Origin: Azolla caroliniana
Taxonomy: Eukaryota; Plantae; Polypodiophyta
Direction: 5' to 3'
Assembly: GCA_043228905.1 (NCBI GenBank)
Contig: JBHGNT010000013.1
Span: forward strand, 13,392,001 to 13,456,000
Length of the DNA: 64,000 nt
Shown piece by piece: positions 1 to 13,600 of this stretch (its first letter is position 1; the number at the start of each line of letters is the position of its first letter). A program made the position numbers and the translations under genes. A model generated the notes under the pieces. That model did not search any database. It was not told the origin of the DNA and was given only the letters and a program-made list of their open reading frames with translations.

Positions 1-88
<88 letters not shown>
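1..88. repeat. Compound (CA)n(CT)n microsatellite in the 14-3-3 promoter/5' leader
   Basis: Dinucleotide runs directly visible; another (CT)n run lies in intron 1 at about 244-290. Confidence 0.95.
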
Positions 89-92
<4 letters not shown>

Positions 93-152
93 CGGCTTCA
101 TTCTCTGACAGAGAGCCACTACAGCTTCTTGCCTCTTCTTCCCCCCATCGCG

Positions 153-240
153 ATGACGGCCGAGAAGGACAGAGAAACTCAGGTCTATCTAGCAAAGCTC
201 GCCGAACAGGCAGAACGCTATGAAGGTATAAGTAAAAGCT

Positions 241-287
<47 letters not shown>

Positions 288-2783
288 CCTCCCCCTCTCC
301 TTGTTCTTCTTTCGATTTCGTAGATCTTGTCATGTCCCCGTCTCGTTTTTTCCGCATCCCTTTCCGTAATCCTCCATTCCTGCATCTTTCTCCGCAGAGA
401 TGGTGGATTTCATGAAGAATGTGGCCAAGCTTGAAGTGGAGCTTACTGTTGAAGAAAGAAACTTGCTCTCTGTTGGCTACAAGAATGTTATCGGTGCTCG
501 CCGTGCTTCTTGGAGGATATTGTCTTCCATCGAACAGAAAGAAGAGAGCAAAGGAAACGAACAACACGTGAAACAGATCAGGGAGTACAGAAAGAAAGTC
601 GAGGGGGAACTTACTGATATCTGTAATGATATTCTGGCTGTGATAGATCAACATCTTTTACCTTCTTCAAGCTCTGGAGAATTTGCTGTCTTCTATCATA
701 AGATGTATGCTCCATTTTATTCATTTATTGCATTTCTGTGCATGGTTTTTCGCCTTCATCCGAAGATATATGCTCAGATTTGTTTTATCAGAGGATAAAT
801 GTTCGTTTTTACTCATATATATTGTTCAGATTTTCCTGCATTGTAAGTTGTATGTTCCGTTTTTATAGAAATACCATCCTTTTATATTACAAGATGTATG
901 TTGCAGTTGACTTTTAGCATAAGATATATGTTCATTTTTTTGTCGTGTCATAAGATGCAAGGTGATTTTTATAACGTTTGTGCTCATTTTATTGTTGTTA
1001 TAAAGTGCATATTCAATTTCTGTTATCATAAAATGTATGTTTACGTTTTGTTTTAGCTTCGTCTTCTTTACCATAAGATCTGTTCACAAAGTTTTGATAT
1101 TTAGTTGATGGACATTTGGGCAATGATTTTGTATGCCCGATTTGTTTTTGTTACATTGTGACATTCATCCGTACTTTGTTTAGTTTCCGTATTTGGTTCT
1201 TCTTCTTCTTTAACGTGAATGAGATCTGCTCACGAATTTTTGGTATTTACTTCATAGACATATAGACAATGATTTCGTTGCCCAGTTTTTTAGTTATGAT
1301 TGTCTGTGAGGAATGTATACATACCATCGTGGTTGTTTAAGCATAGGTAGTTTCAATGATTTGTTATCCAAGTATACATATTGTAATATCATACAATACA
1401 TACTATACACTTTTATTTTCTCCTTATGTTTCAGTTTCCAAGGTTTGATATCCACATTATAGAGATAATTGCTAATAATGACGGTCCATCCAGACAACTT
1501 ATTTGCTCAAACAGGGATAATGTCAAGGATATGTTATCTGAGTTTTAATATCTTGTGCAATATGAAATAGCCATCTTAATACAGAAAGTTGTCAATGATT
1601 TGTTATCCAAGTTTTGTAATTTCCAGTGATGTTTATTTGTTCTTGATGTGCCTTTCTATTCTTTAATGTTCCAGGAAAGGGGATTATTCCCGATATCTAG
1701 CAGAGTTCAAAACAGGAGATGAAAGGAAAGTGGTTGCAGATCAATCTTTGGCTTCTTACCAGGTAAGCTTCTGATAGTTCACAGTAGTACTACTATCGAG
1801 TATAACGACGTGCTCACAGCATTTGGATGATTAGTCAAGCTAGGGATATCCATTTAAGGTTTCCATATTATTATCACAAGTATTGATGTATCTTCTGAAT
1901 CACTTTTTTTAATTATTTCTGTTTATAGCAATTTGGAGTCCTAGATATACAAGGGTTGAGATATTGGTGCCCCTCCAGAGATTAAAACTAAATAATACTT
2001 TTGATCGTATGTTAAAAAATTGTGAACTTACAATTTATTAAGGTATAGTGCAATGGAGTCTAATATGATCTATGTGAGGATTCTTCAAACATGTAGGAAT
2101 GGATTTTGAGCCTGAAATCTACTAAAACTCTTTTACAGTTTTAGAAAAACTTTAAAAGCATCCATGTTCAAAATTTTTAAGAGAATTTAGATATTGACTA
2201 GCTTTGCATAATTCATATATTTGAGAGAGGGGTTTATGTTTGTATGGATACACTAACCTTGACCCTATTATTGAGTTTGCAGGCTGCATCTAACACAGCA
2301 TCAACGGAATTATCGCCAACACATCCAATCAGGCTTGGCTTAGCATTAAACTTTTCAGTGTTCTATTATGAAATTATCAACTCTCCAGAAAAGTAAGTCT
2401 TAATGTTGTACTGTGAACTTCAAAGAAAGTTAAATATTATTATTTTCCCTTATTGAAGTGAGAGCATTAATTTTTTCTTTTTTTGTAATGTCAGGGCTTG
2501 CCATCTTGCGAAACAAGCTTTTGATGAAGCTATTGCCGAACTTGATTCACTTAGTGAGGAGTCTTATAAAGATAGCACTCTGATTATGCAACTCTTAAGA
2601 GACAATCTCACTCTTTGGACATCAGATTTGCAAGATGATGGAGGTTTGTCAGCTGAAGCACATGCATTTTAACTACTGTATTGTAAGAAGAAAATGCCTG
2701 TGCTTGTGGGGGGGAAATTGATTACTTTCTTTGTTAACATGAATTCAGGTGATGATCAGATCAAAGGTGAAGAAAAGGAGTAA
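153..2783 (+). CDS. GRF: 14-3-3 protein (epsilon-group exon structure)
   Basis: Exons 153-225, 398-704, 1675-1762, 2283-2392, 2495-2643, 2749-2783, all GT-AG and in phase. Motifs [37 protein letters not shown], KGDYxRYLAEF, [41 protein letters not shown]. Confidence 0.97.
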
Positions 2784-5317
2784 TGTTACCTTTTCAGATC
2801 TCTATATCAAGGCAAGATAATACAATTGAGCTACTTGAGTTATGGTAGGACTATAATAAATGCCTTTTTGTTTTTGATTTACCTACTTCATACATCAGCG
2901 ACATCCTTTGATTTTCGGCATTTGTTTTGTGTGCTCTAAGATTGTTAGCATCTAATCATGCGTTTTACATTAATGTAATTAGGAGGGTCATACTATTGAT
3001 TCAGCAAAGTTGTATTGCTGTTTTGAGGTCACATGATTATGTAGTTGCTTCAGTTAGTCTGTTGCCGCCTTCTTTAATTCAGGCTGTTGCTAAGAATGTC
3101 GTAATACATTTCCATTTTCCTTCCATACTTTGTATTGCCTCAATTATGTGTTAAGTTCAAAGCCAATATTTTAATTTCGTTTATTGAGTGTTTTGAAATA
3201 ATTTGATTGAAATGATGAATGTCCGAGCTCATGCATGGTAGAGCAAAAAACTTTCTCAAGCTCATACATGGTAGAGCAATTTTTTATTACAAAAACCATA
3301 GTATGAACCATACGTGCATTCGAAACATTCGCGAATGTTTTAATCAATTGAGTATGGGAAACACCCTCGAAGAATGGTAAATACTATACTTTTGGATTAA
3401 CTATTTATTATGAGGTAAATAAACCTAAAAAAAGGAAAAAAAACACAAGAATGTGTAAATAACATTTGCATTCATTTTCGAACGTAGGAAAACAAATGTT
3501 ATGCTAGACGAACACGAATTTTATGTACTATGATAAAAACATTGCATGTTGTCTTTAATTGAGTTCGAACTACTAGTTCAACTCATTGCCTGTAGCAATG
3601 AATGCAATGAATGTAAATAAATGTCAGGGTGCTTCCTGTGTTTAGGACTCTGTTACTCCCCTTTTCTGAGTTTCATAAAAATAAAATAGGATGATTGCTC
3701 ATCTCTTCTGTTAATTAGTGGTTTCCAATTTTTTTAATGACATATATTAGGTATTGGTGACAAAGAAAACGCTCATTGTTATTCACTGGTTTTGTTGAAA
3801 TGGAATGTATTCTCTTTGTATTCTTATTGTAGTTTCATTTTTTAAAGATGTTTAAATTAGCTATGTATGCGTTGGCTTGCACTAACTAATACATCCCAAG
3901 TATTAATGTTTATGAAAAACATCAATGCATGCTTTATCAACTGAGCTTACTGAGGCAATTACAGTTGGTCAATTTCTCTTTCAGCATGATCAGTCAGCTA
4001 AACTGGATATTTGCACCTATTTTAACACCTGCAATTGGTATCAGGATAGGGATTTGTTTTTACCATCAATGTCTAATGAGATAATAGGCACAATAAAAAT
4101 TTGCTTTTATCAATTTAGGTTCTGCTATACAGTTTACTAGTGATTCTAGTTTGTAGGGAAGAAAATCTGGGATTTGAATTGCCCATCAGTTTTAATACCC
4201 TGTGTGTTTGTTAAATGTGTCCAAATTAATTTGGTTAAGGTTAAGTATTAGTAGATATTCTCAATGTGTCCTCATATTGGATGTCTATATGTTGTAACTT
4301 ACAGAAGCTGAATATTTGGTTTCACTGCTCTAAATATATCTTTGATAGATCTAAGATGAGTTAAAGTTGGAAAATAGGTGATCAGAAAGCAACCTCTAAT
4401 GTTAACACCTTAGTTATCTGATTCTTATGTGTTTATTATAGAAAGCATCTCGGTAGTAGAATTATGCAATGCTGTTACTAATTGGAAATTTACTTCTAAA
4501 TTCTTGGTAACTGCAGAATTATTGCTTATGAGATATTAGAAGTTTAGAAATTCCAATTTCAATAATATTATAGGAAGCTCCTATAGTGTAGGTTCACAAT
4601 GGATGCATTGATTGTGTGTGCTTGCAAATTTGACTACATTTCAATATTTAGGACTTCTATGGACTATATTCATATTGGTTTGATTGCTTCAGTTTCAACG
4701 TTTGATTCCAAATTTTAAGCTAGGTTCCTAGGAGCTTGGTTCTGATTGAGTGCTGAGAAATTTGCATTTGCATTTTGTGATGTGAAAATGGAATCTATAT
4801 ATGGATACTTTTTATGATATTCCTATGCTTATATATTGAAAAGCGAAAAGCGAAAATTTATAAATATGCAATGATTTGAAATATCCTTGTGACTACCAAA
4901 TGGGATAATATGAATCAAGAGGATAATATTAATGAGTGAACTACTGAGCAATACACTGAATGCATGGCACAAATATTTTCGAAAATGCCCCTAGAGTTTC
5001 AAATTTAGTTTAGTACTAGAGCTAAAAGTAGGGCACATGATTGAGAGAAGATTGTGGGAAATTTGGAGGATATTCTCAGAAGTCTTTTTAAAAGGGTAGG
5101 GGCATCATGTTGGCTTGCTTATGTTCTTTATTTGTTGCGTGCCCACGAATTGATTTCGGCCATGTTTGTATGTGAATATGTAAAAATGCTGAAGACTTGA
5201 CTAGGTGGTGGGGAAGTGTAAATAAAAAACCTACACTTTCTTCGTTTGAATGTGAGCAGGCCACCCACCCATAAAAAAAAGCTCCTCATAGCAATAGTGT
5301 GGAGGAAACATAACATC

Positions 5318-5325
5318 TATATAAG
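5318..5325 (+). promoter_or_regulatory. Putative TATA box of the 8-cysteine protein gene
   Basis: TATATAAG about 75 bp upstream of ATG 5395. Confidence 0.5.
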
Positions 5326-5394
5326 TAGAGAGAAAAAGAAGAACAAAGGGGTGCCCCTACAAAAAAAGAATTGCATTTCATAAAGCATCTAAGC

Positions 5395-5925
5395 ATGGCA
5401 TTGCCCTTAACCACAACGCTTCTCTTTGCCTTGTTCATCATTGTGGGCCTGAGCCTAATGAGTGGTGCCTGGGGCTCGCATGCCATGTCACGCGAGTACT
5501 ACGGCCTGTCCACATTAGATAGGCCGCGTGACGAGGTTGCCTCCCAGCCCACAGCTCCTTTTAGCTCCATCCATTCAGCTGGCCCCATGGTAGTGGGGCC
5601 CCCCACCAACCTTATCCCGGTCATCGGAGGAGGCCTCGTGAATAACGGGAACGGAGGAAATTGCAACCCGGCCGCGCTCGTGCAACGTATCCGTCCCTTT
5701 TGCGGGACATACCTCGCGCCGTCCCCTGTCCCCGTCGTCCGCCCGTCCCTTGCTTGTTGCCGTACCCTCTCCACCGTCAACCTCACATGCTTTTGTGATG
5801 ATGTCGTGTTCGGCAATGGCTTGCCGAATGTTGACCAGTCCAAGGCTTCGGACGTATACCAGGCTTGCACCTTCGCGAACCCTAATTTTCCCGTGTGCGT
5901 AAACTCCATTCTTCGTAAGCCCTAG
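5395..5925 (+). CDS. Secreted prolamin-superfamily (nsLTP/8-cysteine-motif) protein with long N-terminal spacer
   Basis: Single-exon GC-rich ORF with a hydrophobic signal peptide (MALPLTTTLLFALFIIVGLSLMSGAWG) and a C-terminal C..C..CC..CxC..C..C pattern. Confidence 0.85.
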   Translation: MALPLTTTLLFALFIIVGLSLMSGAWGSHAMSREYYGLSTLDRPRDEVASQPTAPFSSIHSAGPMVVGPPTNLIPVIGGGLVNNGNGGNCNPAALVQRIRPFCGTYLAPSPVPVVRPSLACCRTLSTVNLTCFCDDVVFGNGLPNVDQSKASDVYQACTFANPNFPVCVNSILRKP

Positions 5926-6089
5926 GGGGAAAAAAATGTGACACTCTTATGTCTCCCTTATCCTTGGTTGCTATTTTATATAGGTTTTCACTTTACTACT
6001 TGTACCTTTTTCGCACTTTTATACCCAATGTCAATAAGTATATTGTATTACAATGATGATTTGGGCCCGTAGAAACAATATATCTACCC

Positions 6090-6222
6090 GTGATGGGTTC
6101 CATAAGTCAATTGATTTGGATGGATATCATAGTGGACAACTTGGTCTCATGGGTTCCTTAAGTCAATTGATTTGGGAGGATGTTATAGTGGACAATTGCT
6201 CTCATAAGTCAATCAATTTGGC
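6090..6222. repeat. Short tandem repeat, ~56-bp unit, ~2.5 copies
   Basis: Repeated gggttcc..aagtcaattgatttgg..atagtggacaa. Confidence 0.7.
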
Positions 6223-6638
6223 CTCACATTGACGTTAATAGAATTGTCTTTTTTGCTTCATTGTGAAAACACATAATTATTATTTATATCAATAAATGTG
6301 TTTGACAACACTACAATGGTACCACACCACAAATATGAGTGGTATTACTACTACTTGGGTAGTGGGACATGTCGAATCACCAATAGGCAAGTCGAGCACT
6401 CCATATACCGAGTCAAGAATTTTGACTCTACTCCAACTTTCCAAACTTTCTTTGTTTCCATATCTCTCTCTCTCTCCATAAAAATTGAGAGAACCTAAGT
6501 TCAATCCACGCCATGGGCTAAGCCCCATCTCATAGATCATTGATCTGCCATAGACGTTAAACAAATGTTTATTAAATCTATCGTGCACTCAAAATGATCC
6601 TCTCAAAACTCAAATGTTCTCCATTATTCATACCTTCA

Positions 6639-7305
6639 TATCAAATTCTTTATTATCTATGTAGGGTGGTGTTGCATTGTCTTCCTAATTTGGCCACTTT
6701 GAAATTAATGCAACCCAAATGCATGAATTTTGGCCATGGATCAAGTTCATGGAACGTCAACCCACCTGCACTAATCATGAACAAGGCTTTTCTAGCAACA
6801 TACTCCCACACAATGTTCTCATCCATTTTCAAATAAGTAAATGAGATAATATTCATAGTATATCTTAATATTGTGGTGTGCATGTGTGTGCCTTTGTGCC
6901 ACCCTTTTAGCACAACCTTTTTAGGATGCATGTACCTAAGCCGACCCACCCTTTTAGCATTGGAACGGATAATCAAACCGATTACATGATTTGAAGGGTG
7001 TGCTAAAAGGGTGGCACAAAGGCACACATGCACACCACAATATTAAGACATTTTTCTATCAAATTCTTTATTATCTATGTAGGGTGGTGTTGCATTGTCT
7101 TCCTAATTTGGCCACTTTGAAATTAATGCAACCCAAATGCATGAATTTTGGCCATGGATCAAGTTCGTGGAATGTCAACCCATCTACACTTATCATGAAC
7201 AAGGCTTTTCTAGCAACATACACCACACAATGTTCTCATCCATTTTCAAATAAGTAAATAAGATATTATTCATAGCATACCTTAATATCAAGACATTTTT
7301 CTATT
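6639..7305. repeat. Tandem duplication, ~246-bp unit, first copy interrupted by a small TIR element
   Basis: tatcaaattctttattatctatgtagggtggtg... starts at ~6639 and ~7057 with few substitutions. Confidence 0.85.
6872..7039. mobile_element. 168-bp non-autonomous TIR element (MITE-like)
   Basis: ~45-bp TIRs TGTGGTGTGCATGTGTG...CACACATGCACACCACA flanked by ATAT; the sister repeat copy at ~7281 shows the empty site cttaatatcaagac. Confidence 0.8.
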
Positions 7306-7642
7306 CATATATGATCAAGGAGTGCTATTTCTATTCTATCTCTAGTAGCATGGAAACTTCATCATGCAAGTTACAAACTTGTGCATGTGCACGTGCATGC
7401 GTGTGTTTGCATCATGCATGTGTATGTGGATAGGAACAAATAACCAATGACAAGTTCTACTTCCCAAAAAGTGATTAGTGGTGTAAATTTCTTACTAGGT
7501 GCGAGTACTAGTATTATCATGTGTGGTTTTTTGTATATGTCCAATTATATGGCATTGACATTTAAAAGTTTTCTTGTACCGTAAGAAATAGGGAAGATAT
7601 ATGATTTCCTAGCATCAAACATACTAGGTGACAAAGCCATCA

Positions 7643-8945
7643 ATATCATCCTTGAAACACCATGGCAAAAATCTTGGACTAGATCCATACTTAGCATTAG
7701 GCCTCCACGAAAGGATTGTTATAAAAATATTTAAAAAAAGACACAAATGAGATATTTCTCTTTGAATTCATAGTTTGGAAAAAAGGAAACTTTTAATATT
7801 GTCTTCTTATTGAAATCTTAGTTTCCTTGGTAATATGAGGAGAAACACCTAACCATAAAATGAGAAACATGAAAAATTCTTTTTGCTAACAATTGGACAT
7901 CATCTTTTTAACTTTATCTAACTTTAATGTTCATTGAACCAAAACAAAACGTATAAACATATGTACTCATATCATCCTTGAAACACCATGGCAAAAGTCT
8001 TGGACTAGATCCATACTTAGCATTAGGCCTCCACGAAAGGATTGTTATAAAAATATAAAAAAAAAGACACAAATGAGATACTTCTCTTTGAATTCATAGT
8101 TGGAAAAAAGGAAACTTTTAATATTGTCTTCTAATTGAAATCTTAGTTTCCTTGGTAATATGAGGAGAAACACCTAACCATAAAATGAGAAAGATTAGAA
8201 ATTCTTTTTGCCAACCATGGGACATCATCTTTCTAACTTTATCTAACTTTAATGTTCATTGAACCAAAACAAAACGTGTAAACATATGTACTCATATCAT
8301 CCTTGAAACACCATGGCAAAAGTCTTGGACTAGATCCATACTTAGCATTAGGCCTCCACGAAAGGATTGTTATAAAAATATAAAAAAAGAGACACAAATG
8401 AGATATTTCTCTTTGAATTCATAGTTGGAAAAAAGGAAACTTTTAATATTGTCTTCTAGTTGAAATCTTAGTTTCCTTGGTAATATGAGGAGAAACACCT
8501 AACCATAAAATGAGAAATATGAAAAATTCTTTTTGCTAACCATGGGACATCATCTTTTTAACTTTATCTAACTTTAATGTTAATTGAACCAAAACAAAAC
8601 GTGTAAACATATGTACTCATATCATCCTTGAAACACCATGGCAAAAGTCTTGGGCTAGATCCATACTTAGCATTAGGCCTCCACGAAAGGATTGTTATAA
8701 AAATATAAAAAAAAAGACACAAATGAGATATTTCTCTTTGAATTCATAGTTGGAAAAAAGGAAACTTTTAATATTGTCTTCTAGTTGAAATCTTAGTTTC
8801 CTTGGTAATATGAGGAGAAACACCTAACCATAAAATGAGAAATATGAAAAATTCTTTTTGCTAACCATGGGACATCATCTTTTTAACTTTATCTAACTTT
8901 AATGTTCATTGAACCAAAACAAAACGTGTAAACATATGTACTCAT
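7643..8945. repeat. Tandem repeat, ~325-bp unit, 4 near-identical copies
   Basis: atatcatccttgaaacaccatggcaaaa recurs at 7643, 7969, 8294 and 8619. Confidence 0.95.
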
Positions 8946-9099
8946 AAAAAACACATGGTTATGTAAGGTCAGTTGGAACCCTTTGCAATGGATGTGGCAC
9001 GATCCTTATGTGGGCCAAGGAAGCAAAACCATCCCCTTCTACCAAGTTACAACCAGATTGGGTTGACACAATCCTAGCTGCTCAAACCAACATATCATG

Positions 9100-9856
9100 T
9101 TCCCCATACAATTATTATCCAGTTTTGGCATCAATTATGGAAACAACAAAACACTAAGCGAATTACCACATTCCAATGGCTATTAATACATAGGTTGCTA
9201 CTGGTTGGAGTATGGCAACGTGAGATCCTTCATTCTCCTAATTGTGTAGCGTACCCCAATGCAACAAAATCAATCCGACACGCTCTATGGGACTGCCTAG
9301 AGACCCATTGAATATGGTGGGGGTTAGCCACCTATTACAATTATTCTAGGTACAAGGCACAATCAAGTGGGGGAATGTATGATGGTTATCATAGCATGAT
9401 GAACATCAAAAGGACGAGATGATGTTGGTAATAAAGGTACAAGATATCTTGTTTTCCACCACCGATAATATCCACTCAACTCTTATCAATCCCTAAGCTC
9501 AAGTCATGTTAGAATTGGTCAACCCAACAACGCTATGGATTCTATAGAAACAATGTTGTACTAAGGCGGGTCTTCACCAATCAAACCATGCATCAATTGA
9601 GAATGGAGTGAAGTTGATATAGAGTGAACTTGTAGCCATGCCAAAGAGCCAATACAATGGGATCACAGGCGGACTAATAGAGCCAAATGACAACGATTGG
9701 CCTTCATCCAACAATGTTCATCCTCTCCTTTTCTTGAGTCAATGGACCTCCACATAAGATGAAACTATTGCGTCCCTACAGGGATTCGTATATAACATTC
9801 TTAGCTGTAAAATTTTATAACTAATGGAAGGAGTTTTGGTTTTGGAAAAAAAAAAC
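9100..9856 (+). mobile_element. Decayed L1-type LINE 3' fragment (zf-RVT region)
   Basis: Translates to CVAYPNATKSIRHALWDCLETH*IW (zf-RVT-like) and ELVNPTTLWIL*KQCC, similar to the LINE C-terminus at 31.4 kb; stops present and boundaries approximate. Confidence 0.5.
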
Positions 9857-10667
9857 GTGTGAAGAGCCAAGGCTCCTTATTGTTTATATTGTATGTTCAC
9901 TAGGAACATTCAATAATATTGAAAAATGGCAATGGTCTCTTTAAACATTGTTTGTTGATGTGTGACTAAATATAACTCTTGCTAGCCAATGTCCTTATTG
10001 TTTATATTGTATGTTCACTAGCAATAGTTTGAACTTTGCTGATATGCAACTAAATGTAGCTCTTTCTACACAGAAATATGTTTGTCAAAGAATGGAATTA
10101 TTCTTCAAGTCACTAACTTGATGGTGTGTACAATACTAAAATAATGGTGTAATTTCAAACATGTTTTATGTCCTTTTATGTCATTACATGTGCATTTACT
10201 ATTAGAATTGTGGTATGGCTAGTTGGCTTGGTTAGTACTAGTGTGGTTGCAATCAATATCTCATTTTTAAACAAAAAGTGAAGCCCATTTTACTCAAATA
10301 TCCTAACTACAATAATATGTTTGAAAAACAAGAATATGAGGGTTGGAAAGGAAATCACTAGGGCAATATAAATAGCTGCCTCATAAAAGAGATATATTAC
10401 CAACCTACCCTTGGTAGTTCTAGAAATATTAATATTAATGAACCCCGAATTTGTTTGGAATTGTTGGGGTTCATAACCAAGAGTGTAGAATTGTGATCCT
10501 TGTTGAAACAAAAGCTCACTAAATAGACATAAAATTAGTTATCAGAAGCTTTAGGTTCCTAGGAGTTCAAAATGTTTTAACGCATGATTATAGAACTCAT
10601 AAACTAAAATTTAAAATAATTATAGTTAGATTATCACAGCAAGAACCCGTTTCAACTTTACAAGTTT

Positions 10668-13600
10668 TGTTGAGAATCAAGCTTAACATAGTGCAACGTG
10701 TGAACACACCTTTTGAGAATCTATGATTACTCAAAGGTCAAGAGTCACACCACTACTCTCTACACATTAACTATATGTCATAGAATCATATTCTATGACA
10801 CATAACTAATGAGTTACATATTCCCCATGCCTATGAGTCTTCACATTCCCCAAGAGAGAGAGTGGTTGTTGTAAGTTAATGAAGAGAGAGGGTGACTCTA
10901 TATAAAGCACCCTACTCATACTTTATACTAAGTCGGTTGCGACTCCTTATTATGTTACATTTTGTAACTCTTATTCTACTTGTAAAATATACACCTTCTT
11001 GAGTATTCCTTTTTCTATCTATATTGTGTTCTCTCATCTCTCCTCTAATTCCTCTCACACATACACATAACACACATCTCTTCCGCTACACAAGAATCAT
11101 ACCCGATTCTTTACATGGTATCAGAGCGATTTGGTAGCTCGATCTAGCCCACTTGTCTCATCGTGATTGTGTGTTGTGCTCTATGCAGACGTTCAAGAAG
11201 AACCGGCTCATCGCTATCGTAGTACCACTACATAGTTCATGTTCGAGAGAGAAGGAAAAGAAGAAATGAAGCTTAATCAACAATGAATACTCAAATGGGG
11301 AGCGCTCTCCTTAGCGAGAAGTTGGATCGCAACAACTTTGCATCTTGGGAGTACAAGTTGCACGAATACCTTGTTGGCCAAGGTTATTGGAGTTACATCA
11401 AGGGAGCACAAGAAAACCAACCCGACCCGAAAAACGTCGACTATGGAACTTGGGAGTAAGCGGCAAGCCGAGTGATGTATTGCTTGGTGACATGTGTTCA
11501 CGACCACATGGTCGGCTACATTCGAGAAGCCGGGATGCCGAGACGCCGAGACGCCGAAGGAAGTGTGGGAGAATCTACGAAAAAATTTCGTTGTCGACAC
11601 GGCCGCGAGAAAGCTTCAACTCCGCCAACAGTTGAACAACATCCAACAACGGGATAATATGTCCATTACAAGCTACACCTTGAAGATCAAGGAGCTTTGT
11701 GATGCACTCGGCTCGATAAGCGTTAATGTGGAGATGATGAAATGGTGCAAATATGCCTCAACGGCCTTGCACCACGGTTCGATGCGATGCGGACTGCCGT
11801 ACTAGCACGGGAGAATCCACCCTCCTTCTTCAATCTTCAATCCATGTTGTTGGTCGAAGAGAATCATGTTCGAACAAGGAGCAACGCCTCGTAATGCCAC
11901 ATGCTCTACACGCATTCAGATAGAGGAAGAGGACGCGGTCATGCAAGAAGAGGCCGATTTGGCCAAGGACGAGGCGGACGAGGTCCGATTTACGAAACAA
12001 CTCTCAATTACGGCAACAAGATGGAGGCCATCGAGGAACCTTCGGAAGAACGGGGAGCCACAATTCCGGTTCAAGCCGACAAACCTCAATCGGATGCGGA
12101 TATTGCGGCAAAGTCAGCCACCGTGAAGAAGAGTGCCGAAAGAAGATGCGTGGATCGGCTTCCACTAGTCGACAACGCACCAATTACGCCGCCGACTCCA
12201 AGTACGACGACTACGGTGGATTATTCGTAATGAGACATAGAGCGAATTCTATGTCGGCCTTTACTTCTACTAGTGCCTCCGGTCCAGAAGACGTACGGTT
12301 CGTCGATTCCGGTGCCTCGAACCATATGACGTCGCATCAAGAATGGTTCCGAGAACTTCGAGAGCTAGACCGACCCGGCTATGTCGAAACCGGAGACGAC
12401 ACTATGCACCTGATTCGGCACATCGGCAATGTTTCGTTCGGAAAAGAAGGTAAGCAAACTTACACTAAAAATGTCTTCCATGTACCAACTATCACGAAGA
12501 ATTTGTTCTCCGTCGGCCAAATTGTAGAGCAAGGAATGCAAGTTCAATTTAATCAAGGTCGTTACTTCATCAAAAAAGAGGGCCGACTCATCGCATGCAG
12601 ACGAAGAGAGGGCCAAATGTTCATTCTTGACTCGCACGAGATGAAATCGGCCATGTTCACAAAAGGCATGAAAGCCAAGTCTGACATAGAGTTATGGCAC
12701 AAACAGATTGGCCATATCAACCTTCAAAATCTCAAGGCGATGCAATCGAAAGGAGTCGTCGTCGGACTCCCAACCTTCAAAGAGAGAGAGATTGAAGGCG
12801 AATGTGCGGCTTGCCAATTCGGCAAGCAACATCGGCATCCATTTCCGAGAGAGAGGAATGTAAGCAAAGGCGTACTCGACGTAATTCATTCTGATGTATG
12901 GGGACCGGCTCAAACGACGACATTCGACGGATGCCGATACTACGTGCCCTTTATCGACGACTTCTCTAGGCACACTTGGATCTACCTGATGCGACAAAAG
13001 AGAGAAGTGTTTGAACACTTCCAAAAATTCATGAGTGGAGTCAAAAAAACTACAAGTTGACACGTACGGTGCCTTCGATCGGATGGAGGCAAAGAATATT
13101 TCTTGGATGAGTTTACGACGTATCTTCGAAAAGAAGGGATTCGACGAGAATTTCCGTGTCGATATACGCCACAATAGAACGGAGTAGTCGAACGCAAGAA
13201 TCCACACATCCTCGAACTAGCACGGGCTATGCTTAACAAAAAGCACATGCCGAAATCATATTGGGCGGAAGCAGCTAACACGGCCATCTATCTCATGAAT
13301 CGGTGTACGACATCCGACGTGCATGAACTCACGCCGCACAAGAAGTTTTTCAAAAACAAGCCGAATCTATCACATGTTCGGATATTCGGCTCCATTGTGG
13401 ATGTGTACATCCCTGACGAAAAGCGGCAAAAGCTCGACCCGAGGTCGGAGAAATGTATCCTTATAGGATACTCATTGGAGCAAAAGAGGTACAAGTGCTA
13501 TAACCCCTCAACTCGAAAATCTTGAGTAAGTTGAGACGTCATTTTCGACGAGTCCACATCTTGGTACGCACCAGGGACAACTTCGACTTCGATTCCGCTC

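Noticed and set aside
6594-7257. Duplicated 80-126-aa ORFs
   Set aside because: They arise from the 246-bp duplication and the small TIR element; no domain or splice support
7643-8945. CRISPR-like array
   Set aside because: The units are long full-length duplicates with no unique spacers, and the context is eukaryotic with no cas genes
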